A stretch of 57,529 nt of DNA. It comes from an uncultured Candidatus Saccharibacteria bacterium. GTDB taxonomy: Bacteria > Patescibacteriota > Minisyncoccia > Phycocordibacterales > UBA9973. The stretch spans positions 1-57,529 of the forward strand of contig CAYZSX010000002.1 of assembly GCA_964481155.1 (NCBI GenBank). Direction: 5' to 3'. Shown here in pieces: positions 29,041 through 38,000 of the stretch. The translations under genes were made by a program, and so were the position numbers. The notes below the pieces were generated by a model. The model searched no databases, was not told where the DNA came from, and saw only the letters and a program-made list of their open reading frames with translations. Position 1 is the stretch's first letter. Every line of letters starts with the position of its first letter.

Positions 29041-29922
29041 TTATCCTGTCCAGTTAAATGCCATGATTGAAAAGTCGACAAGTGTGACCGCGCCGTCGTT
29101 GTTGAGATCGACTTTGACAGGCACTCCAGTCTTTTTGTACCAAAACGCCATGATTGAAAAGTCTATCAAGTTTACTCGAGTATCGCAGTTGACATCGCCT
29201 CGAAGTTTACTACAACTACCCGGTGTTTTGGGGATACTCACATCACCAACCTTAAACGGAACTGCATCACTAAACAAACTCACATCAGCAGGTGCAATCG
29301 CTGCTGATTTGGTACTGTGATCACCGTACTCGAGCACACCACTATCAAATCGCAAAAAGTAGGCTCCTGATTGGTTGGTAGGGATCCGTCTGATGTGTTG
29401 TGTTGGCGAATGCACAACGATCGAGACTTCGGCATTGGGTATACTTCGTCCAAAGATAGCGATAGGTTCACCCTTTTTGACCTGCAGTTTGTCGACATCG
29501 ATTGTTGGTGAGATAAATATCCCCCCGATTGTGACCGATGTACCAGCGGTCACATATACTGGAAACGAATACGATGTTGACTTGCGACCATCACTGTCTT
29601 CGCCATACACACCAAACGTATATCCTCGCTGAACAAGATCAGAAAGGGTTACCGAAAACTTTGCCTGCGGATCTGCAACAGTCGTTGCGACGATCACCCC
29701 GTCTTGCACGATGACTACTTTAGAAAGCGGGTAGGCCATCCCCGAAAATATCACCTGCGTAGGACTCGACATACTTCCACCACCTCCCCCACCCCCTGGG
29801 GCACTTGGACTATTGACCTGTGCTGATATAACAACAGAGTTTACGGTTTGTGCTTGAACACCCGCACTACAGAGGACTAACGTAAGTGCACATACGAGGA
29901 TATATCTACTGAGCATCGTCAT
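29041..29922 (-). CDS. secreted dockerin-containing protein
   Basis: The start was moved to MTMLSRYILVCALTLVLCSAGVQAQ. A poly-Gly linker and two beta-sandwich-like segments follow. The C-terminus is a duplicated dockerin Ca-binding repeat: GDVNCDTRVNLIDFSIMAFWY and DLNNDGAVTLVDFSIMAFNW. Confidence 0.7.
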   Translation of the reverse strand: MTMLSRYILVCALTLVLCSAGVQAQTVNSVVISAQVNSPSAPGGGGGGGSMSSPTQVIFSGMAYPLSKVVIVQDGVIVATTVADPQAKFSVTLSDLVQRGYTFGVYGEDSDGRKSTSYSFPVYVTAGTSVTIGGIFISPTIDVDKLQVKKGEPIAIFGRSIPNAEVSIVVHSPTQHIRRIPTNQSGAYFLRFDSGVLEYGDHSTKSAAIAPADVSLFSDAVPFKVGDVSIPKTPGSCSKLRGDVNCDTRVNLIDFSIMAFWYKKTGVPVKVDLNNDGAVTLVDFSIMAFNWTG

Positions 29923-30919
29923 ACTCGCTACCACGAGCACGAGCGATGATGAGTTTGTTGTAGTGATGAAGTGCTTTTTTACCAATCCATCTGATACAGA
30001 TACCTGCAACAATGATGCAGATAAGTAATTGCCAAGGGAACACAAAGAACCTGACAACATCTTTTGCGTGTTGTTGTTGAACACCGTATGCAATATCGAT
30101 ATGCGCACTATAGAGTCCAAATGCAAAGTTTTTCCATTGATATCGAACTGTGTGGAGGAACTTTTTCATTGCGCTTGCCGCAAGTGGCGCTCCGTCTGGA
30201 TCGGAGTATTTGATCCAGTCAACTTTAAATTTACGTGTGCTTGCCGGGAGTACGTTGCCTTGTACAGGGTTTGCATCGATACGATCTGCTCGTAGGTATA
30301 CTGTGTTGCGAATCGTGATGGTACCAGTAGGCTTCACGCGATCTCCACCATCATTTTTGAATCGATACTCAAACGACACTGGAAGTGTGTTGTACCAAAA
30401 TTTATTTTCTTTTGTTTTAAAATCTACAAGCCCACCTGCTTCTTTGACATCACCATTGACTGAAAGCAGTACGAGCATACCTGTCTTGGCGCTGATTGCG
30501 ACTTCTCCTGGTTTGTCTGATTCTGGTGCAGTCCCCCAAAAGATGGCACCAAAGTACCCTCCAGGAGTTGTGTCTTTGGGGATAGCAATACTGATAGAGA
30601 TCGTTTTGGTTTCATTGGGACCGAGAGTGATAGAATCTGCAGTTTTCATCCACGTAGCGATACCTTCTGAAGCACTTGTAAAAGAAGGTGTCCCGGTATC
30701 ACCCTGCGCTTCAAAGTTTGCATATGACGAATAAAACGTTGCGCTTGTAGATTGCTCGTTGATGAGCGTCATTTCTTCGGTGAGCACCTGACCCGGATCA
30801 CCTTTGATCTCGATACGTACTGGGGTGATCGTGAGTGCGTATGTAGGGATTGTGTACACAAAGAACGCGATCAGTCCCAAAATGATGTACCGGAGTGTTT
30901 GGTGAGCAGATTTGATCAT
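29906..30919 (-). CDS. surface protein with DUF916/DUF3324 (CscA)-like architecture
   Basis: 337 aa with a signal/anchor sequence. Beta-rich domain (LTITPVRIEIKGDPGQVLTEEMTLINEQ...TPGGYFGAIFWG), a second beta domain, a C-terminal TM (WQLLICIIVAGICIRWI) and a short basic tail. This topology matches the CscA-type proteins of Gram-positive WxL clusters. The family assignment is from memory and was not searched. Confidence 0.5.
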   Translation of the reverse strand: MIKSAHQTLRYIILGLIAFFVYTIPTYALTITPVRIEIKGDPGQVLTEEMTLINEQSTSATFYSSYANFEAQGDTGTPSFTSASEGIATWMKTADSITLGPNETKTISISIAIPKDTTPGGYFGAIFWGTAPESDKPGEVAISAKTGMLVLLSVNGDVKEAGGLVDFKTKENKFWYNTLPVSFEYRFKNDGGDRVKPTGTITIRNTVYLRADRIDANPVQGNVLPASTRKFKVDWIKYSDPDGAPLAASAMKKFLHTVRYQWKNFAFGLYSAHIDIAYGVQQQHAKDVVRFFVFPWQLLICIIVAGICIRWIGKKALHHYNKLIIARARGSEYDDAQ

Positions 30920-30922
30920 AGA

Positions 30923-32005
30923 TTAAAACGTGCCAGTTGCTACGTATGTGATTGATGTTGCATACGAACCAGCAGGGGTTGTGGAAGCAATATTGGCAAG
31001 ATAGTGCATTGCAATAGAGTCACTTGTCGGAGCTGAAGCAGAAGCAAGTGTTGTGGTAGTTGTAGGAACAAAGTTCCAATCGTTTGCACCGTTGTTATAT
31101 CCAGAAGCAACTGTTCCACCTCCAGTGAGTGCTGCTGCGAGTGCAAACTGTTCACTACCCGGGGTACCGTTTGCATCACCAGTAATTGTTGCCGCATCGA
31201 TCGTATTGAGACCTGAAGTAAGTGTTGGGCCATTGTATGTCAACACATATCCGCCAGTCGCATTGGTTCCAACAGTCATTGTGTGTGCAGTGGTATCTGT
31301 TCCTGAACCAGAAGCAGCGCTGTTTGCGTATCGTGCGGCTGCAGCAGAAAGAGTACCAAACCCGATTGATGCATCGTCGTTTGCAAACGTAAGAGTAGGG
31401 TTAACTGTTGCAGTGATCGAAACGACTGAATTGGTCTCTATCGAAACTGCCGCAAGCCCAGTGTCGCCGTTTGATTGTGTAAGTGAAACTTGTGATGAAT
31501 CAACATCTGAACCATTGGTCATGGTACCAGTACCACTTGCGGTAGTACCGTTTATCACGAAAGTAATATTTGCATTTGCGCCTGACGCATTCCAGCTTGC
31601 ACAAGTAGTGATTGTAAACGTGTTGTTTGTCGTATCGATAGTGACTGTATAGTTGTTACTCCCAGCACTACACGAGGGCGCTGCGCCCACTGCGACTGGT
31701 GCTTGGTTACTTCGAGTACCGTCACTAAACGCAAAATCTGATGTCTGCCAGTTGCCGATACTGTTGAGAGTAAAATCAGTATTTGAAAAATCAATCGCAT
31801 ATGTTTCTGCGGTAGCAACCGTATCACCCCCCACCAATGTCCAGGTAAGTGTATGGGTTGCAGTCGTTGATGGCAACTGCGTTGACATTGTGTCTTTGAA
31901 CGAAGAGACCGATGCGGCTTCTGCAATGAGTGAGAGTCCTGTGTGGACAAAAAGAAGAATCGCGACAAAGAGTACCGAAAGAATGTTTTTTGTGTACGTT
32001 TTCAT
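30923..32005 (-). CDS. secreted Thr/Ala/Gly-rich protein sharing its C-terminal domain with the giant protein
   Basis: 360 aa with a signal peptide (LLFVHTGLSLIAEA). The C-terminal roughly 165 aa (IGFGTLSAAAARYA...AHTMTVGTNATGGYVLTYNG...GSEQFALAAAL...NIASTTPAGSYATSITYVATGTF) align with the C-terminus of the 2129-aa protein encoded immediately upstream. Confidence 0.7.
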   Translation of the reverse strand: MKTYTKNILSVLFVAILLFVHTGLSLIAEAASVSSFKDTMSTQLPSTTATHTLTWTLVGGDTVATAETYAIDFSNTDFTLNSIGNWQTSDFAFSDGTRSNQAPVAVGAAPSCSAGSNNYTVTIDTTNNTFTITTCASWNASGANANITFVINGTTASGTGTMTNGSDVDSSQVSLTQSNGDTGLAAVSIETNSVVSITATVNPTLTFANDDASIGFGTLSAAAARYANSAASGSGTDTTAHTMTVGTNATGGYVLTYNGPTLTSGLNTIDAATITGDANGTPGSEQFALAAALTGGGTVASGYNNGANDWNFVPTTTTTLASASAPTSDSIAMHYLANIASTTPAGSYATSITYVATGTF

Positions 32006-32054
32006 ACTGCACTGCAGTATACCCTACGTCAAGCGACACCGTCTAGTGGATAAC

Positions 32055-35000
32055 CTAAAAGTTTCCTGTAACAACATAGGTGAGATCAGTTGCATAACTA
32101 CCTGCAGGAGTTGTGGAAGCGATGTTGCACATATATCGAGCTGAGTATGTCGTATCAATTCCATCACCCGAGGAAGCGCTTGCGACCTGGCTAGTAGTTG
32201 TCGCATCGGCGCCGTACGCAAACCCCGACGCTGCATACGGACTCGAGACTGTACCACTACCACCACTGGCCACAAGCCTGAGCCCGAACTGCTCGCTACC
32301 GATACTTGGCACCGTGTTGGTCCCACCGATTGCACTGATCGTGTGCCCTACCTTGCCGAGCGATGCCCCTCGCACCGTGAGTGAGTATCCTGATGGCGCA
32401 CTTGTACTGATTGTGATTGTGTGCGCCTCTGTTTCAGTACCACTTCCTACCGCGTCTCCTGTTGCATATCTTGTACCAGTTGCAGAAAGTGCTCCAAATC
32501 CAATCGTTGCATCAGAGATACTAAACGTGATTGATGTATTGATCCAACAAGTACCGTTGTTGCCTGAGTTGGTAAGGTTTGTCGGATTGAGAAAGATAGA
32601 TCCGCTCTCACAAGCACTATCTTGTACATCCACATAACTAACACTCGCTGTACCTGTTGGGTGAAATTTCCATTGAGTACCACTCGAGTCTGATCGCAAT
32701 CTGATGAGGTTGCCTAATGATCCTGTCACCGTAAACAATCCACTCACGGTAAATATCGGCGATCCGCTCGTCTGGAACTGTACTTCTTTTGCAGCGGTGT
32801 GGGTGATAGTGAGGTTGTTGAACGTCGTTGCCCCGCTCACAGTCGCAGTTGTAGCGCCATTCATCACTACTGTGGACGTCCCCGCGGTAAACGTACCTGT
32901 GTTGGCCCAGTTGCCGGTGAGTGTGATCGTTGCCCCTTGACCGAGGACTGTACCAGTACCACTGATAGTAAGATTGCCCGTAGTAAATGCGTAGTTTTGA
33001 CCACTAACTGTATCGAGCGTACCCGCAGATACTGTTGTCGTACCAGAGACAGTCGTTGCAGCAGCGAGACTTTTGGTACCAGCTGTTGCAATAGTCAAGT
33101 TGAAGTACGGGTTTGTTGTTGGGGTTTTGATGGTTTGCGTAGATCCGCCATAGATGACAGTGTTGGTACTCGTCGATGGCACAAGGGTGCCTGTAGACAT
33201 GACTGTGCTATCAAACTCTGTCGTAGATCCTGACCCTGTTGCAAATGTTGACGACGCATTGCCACCTGTTACCGATGAAACAAAGTTAACAAGACCAGTG
33301 TTGTTGTTGGTCAGCGTCACTCCACTTGCGATCGTCACCGCCCCACCAAACGACATGTTTGAGCTCCCTGCGAGGTTTTGGTTGGCACTAAATATCGTCG
33401 CAGCACTACCACTATTGAACGTTGTACCATCCATCGTGATGCCGTCTCCAAATGATGTTACCGGATTTACCGGAGACATATCAAACACACCGCCTGGATC
33501 AATCGTCACCAATCCGGTAAACGTCTTGGTCCCAGTTGCTGATGTCACTGACACAAGCGATCCGTCAATTGTTGTTGTGCCTGCAAAAGTGACTGCCACC
33601 CCACCAAGAGAGAGCGTCCCTGATGGGATACTCAGGTTCCCAAATGTATACGCACCAGTGATCGACGATGATCCTGTGGAAACAAGTGTACTAGATGCAT
33701 TGATTGAAAGCGTCCCGTTTGCAGGGATAGCTCCTGTGAGGTTAAGCGTACTGTTTGCGCCCATGGTCAAAAAGTTTACTGAAGCTATACCGACAAAACT
33801 TATACCGGCACCTGCAGTGAGTGTGCCTGTATCGAAACTAACATTGATAGTTCCGCCACCGCTAACACCTCCCCAAACGATCAATCCGGAAGATGCAAGT
33901 GTGCAATCCCTCATTGTAAGGTTGATGCTACCAGTGACTCCTGAGTTTCCTCCTTGGAGGCTTATACCTGTTGCACCAACAGTGAGCGCCCCCGTTGCAC
34001 TTGCTGCACACGTGATATTGGACTGACCGGTCGAAGTCGGGCGGTTGATGGTGAGCGACCCTGCAGTGATGTTGGCAGTGCCGTTCATGGTGATGGTTTG
34101 TGTGTTGGCAGTTGCGTTAGCAGTGTAGGTGACCGCACCAGTGACGTTGGTGGTAGAGCCGGTGGTGAGTGAGAGACCGTTGGATGCCACTGGGCTTGCG
34201 ATCGTGAGCGCTCCCATGGTGACTGTACCGGTGTTTGAGTTGGTGAGCGTCACCCCAGAGTTGACCGTCACGGTACCCCCGAGTGATATGTTGCCCGCAC
34301 CGAGCAAACTCAGCGAAGTGCCCATGGTCACCGCACCAGTACCACTGTTGAACGTCCCTGTACTATCCACCGTGATATTGCTATCAAAACGAGTCGTTGT
34401 TGCAACAGCAGAAAGATCAAAAGATCCTCCAGAGTTGACCGTGACAGTTCCAGTAAATGTCTTAAGACCTGTAGCCGATGCACACACCAGCGAACCTGAA
34501 ACAACTGTGTTCCCAGCAAACGTAATCGCAACATTGTTAAGTGTAGTTGTGCCAGATGAAACCGTAAAATTACGAATAGTATACGCACCCGAAATTGCCG
34601 CAGTACCAGTTGTGTAAAGAGTGTTTGCACTATCAAAAGTTAATGTTCCACCAGAACCAAGTGTCCCTGTAAGGTTGAAGTTACCGGAACCTATGTTGAG
34701 CACATTGCGCGCTGCTGTACCAGTAAAGGTGACACCAGCACTTGCAGTAAGTACTCCGGTAGTTGTTGTGAATGTGATATTTCCTCCTGTAGTACCTCCC
34801 GCGATCGTGAGTAGTCCACCCGACGTAAAGCTGCAGGTATTCATTGTGATGTTGACAGTCGCAGTAGCTGTCGAGGCACCGTTGATCGTTGCGGCCCCCG
34901 TCGTTGCAAACGTCCCTGTTGCACTTGCTGCACACGTGATATTGGACTGACCGGTCGAAGTCGGGCGGTTGATGGTGAGCGACCCTGCAGTGATGTTGGC

Positions 35001-38000
35001 AGTGCCGTTCATGGTGATGGTTTGTGTGTTGGCAGTTGCGTTAGCAGTGTAGGTGACCGCACCAGTGACGTTGGTGGTAGAGCCGGTGGTGAGTGAGAGA
35101 CCGTTGGATGCCACTGGGCTTGCGATCGTGAGCGCTCCCATGGTGACTGTACCGGTGTTTGAGTTGGTGAGGGTCATGTTGGTTGGGACGGTGACCGTAC
35201 CACCAAGCGAGACGTTTCCTGATCCGCTGATCGTGCGCGTCCCGGTACCAGTGAGCGTCACTGCCCCACCACCACTATCAAATGTCGTACCGTTTGCCGT
35301 GATGTTACCACCAAAACTCGTCACTGCTGCAAAGTTGCTACCTGTACGCAAATCAAATATACCTCCTGAGTTCACTGTAATCCCCGCACTAAACGTCTTG
35401 GTACCGGTCGCGCTTGAAGTCGTCAATGTCGCACTGTTGGCAACTGTCACGAGTCCCGCATACGTGATCGCAACCGCACCCATCGTCGTTGTACCACTGT
35501 TGACGTTGAGTATACCGAACGTCGTCGCGCGACTCAGTGTCACGGTACCAGTTGTGTTGAGCGCCGTACCTGCGTTGATCGTCACGGTACCACCAGTACT
35601 CATCGTGCCAGTAAGGTTGATCGTCGAGGCACCGGCATTGGTGATTCGTGCTTGTGCAGCGGTACCTGCAAACGTGATACCTGCAGTCGTAGTAAATGTA
35701 GAGCCAGCAGAAAGCGCAAGTACACTGTTGCGACTTGCAGTTGCACTTCCTGTGATCGTGATACCTGCGGTCGAAAATGTACCGGATGTACCTCCTCCAA
35801 CCGTGATAGTATTGGCAACCGCAGCACCGGGTGATGGGATACTCGTCGTACCAGTGACCGTAAACGTCACTCCGTTGCTGACCGAAAGACCTGCAGCTAC
35901 TGTCGATGCAGCAAACGTGAGTGATTTGATAGTGACAGTTGTGTCTGCAGTCACCACTACTCCTGAGTTGATTGTGAGGTCATCGTTTACCCCGGGACGG
36001 TTGCCAGTACCCGATCCACCACTTGCAGCACCCGTACAGTTGACGAAGCTTGCGGTTGCACTCCATGTACCTGTAGCAGTTGCATTACAAGCCGCGTCCG
36101 ATGCAATCTGCCACTGACGATCTTCTTCAAAAGAACTTGTGCCTGTCATCACCGCTGGACCCAAAAGATAAAACTCCGGACTTATATCTGGTGCATTGAA
36201 ATAATATCCAAGCTGCACGGTCTCCCCCGCTGATATCGATACATCCCAGGTGATGAGTTTGGTATCACCGTCTTCGGTCACACTATCGTATGCTTGGCTT
36301 TGCTGTGGGAGCGATACCTCAAACGACACAGGGACGCGTTCGGTGACAGTCCCCTCCCACGCAGTATCACTGGTTACTCGGAGTGTCATCGGGTATAGCG
36401 CAACAGGATAGATACGTGTCGGGCCTGTGCGCACAACCGCAATTGATAAATCTGACTGAACACTAAACGTGTCAGTGATTTGCTTTGTTCCGTTTGCAGT
36501 GTGTGCAGTCAAACGCATTGTATAGACACCTTGTTCGCCGGGAATCGTATAGTATGCAAAATAATCAGGCACACTAATGACATTGTTTGGACCACACTCT
36601 GGAGCACGGACGATACTTCCATCATCAGTACTTTTGCTTACAACAGTACCGCTCGGTGTACTAATCACAAGATCAAGATCTGCATCACAAATAGTATGCC
36701 CACCATCATTGAGTACACCCATTTGTAAATACGCTGTAGCGCCTGGACGGTACACACTCATATCAGTGTTGATCGCAAGTACTCCCCAACTAAAGTCTTG
36801 CTGTGAGACAAGGATCGCTTGCGGCGTCGTGACAGTCACAACGAGTGTGTATTTACCCGGACGAAACGACCGATCAGGACGATCGATCTGCACACGGCGC
36901 TTACCAGTTGTGGTGTCAGTTATCACTGCTACTGGTATATCCGTTGGTGCACCGTTGTCATCGAGTATCTGTGCTTCGACATTTGAAGTTTGCGCCTCAG
37001 CAACGGTCGGAGTTAGTAGTGATTTGAGCAAAGAAACAGGTGATGATTCGCTTTGTGGTTGTTCGAGAGGAGTAGGTGGTGGCAATATAAGTTCTTTGGA
37101 AGTATCGATTGTTTCTTGGATAGTCTGTACCACTTCATCAATCGCTTGTGTATGCTCTGGATCATCTACCTTTTCACCAAGTACCCCGGCAGTATCTTTG
37201 ACGACATCAGCTTTGCCTTCTTGGACGAGTGTCTTGATATCTTCGGTTGTGTAGTTGGGAGTTTCAAGGGTAAAGGTAACATCTTCGGTTGGATTAAACC
37301 CATCTTTACCACTGATGAGAGAGTCAGCATCTTTGAGGACAACAGTTGGTTTCGTAGGGACGTTTTCCATGTCGGTATACTCAACATCGAGTTTGACCGC
37401 ATCGAGATACACTGTCGGGAGCGCATCAAATGTTGGCAACGTTTTGAGCGCTACTTGGAGCGTGCTAAGGTTTTCCCATTTTTCAAGCGGAATCTCAAAC
37501 GATGCACGTTTCCATTCACTTCGACTGATCGTACCGAGTGTGTTCCAGGTAGTACCGTCGAGTGTGTACGAGACTTCCATAAACCCATCTGAAACTGTGC
37601 CGCTGCTCGACTCAGTGACTACTTCCTCGATAGGCACAGAGGCATCTTGTGCTTCTATTGTATCTGCTGTACCCACTGCTTCTTCTGCGGAGCTACTTAC
37701 ATCAACAGCGGGTGCTTCTTCTTGTACTGACTGTGTTGATACCTCTTCAGAAACAGTGGGAGGAGTTGGGTCTGACTCTTGCGCAAGGACACGAGTTGTG
37801 AAGAGGTGTTTGAAAAATGACACCGTAGTACTCTCGGTAGCAGATTCTTGTGCGGGGACAGATTCTTGTACCGATTGTTGTTCGATTGTAGAACTATCTT
37901 GTTCTTGAGCTGGGATGACGATACCTTGTGCGGGTATATCAAACGGTTGCGGTTCGGTACGGATCGATGATGAATCTTTGTCTTCTACCGACCATGAGAA

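Noticed and set aside
33994-35171. The regularly spaced identical repeats as a possible CRISPR array.
   Set aside because: There are only two copies, each 254 nt long, 924 nt apart and in frame within a coding sequence. Nothing elsewhere in the window has a repeat-spacer periodicity of 25-40 nt.
33154-36117. Long plus-strand ORFs (290 aa at 33154..34026, 354 aa at 35053..36117, and others at 36577..37254 and 37255..37908) opposite the giant gene.
   Set aside because: They lie entirely antisense to a 6.4-kb ORF with clear protein-like domain structure. Their products are Val/Pro/Thr/Ala low-complexity strings, which is what the reverse complement of Thr/Gly/Ala/Asn-rich codons yields. They are shadow ORFs.
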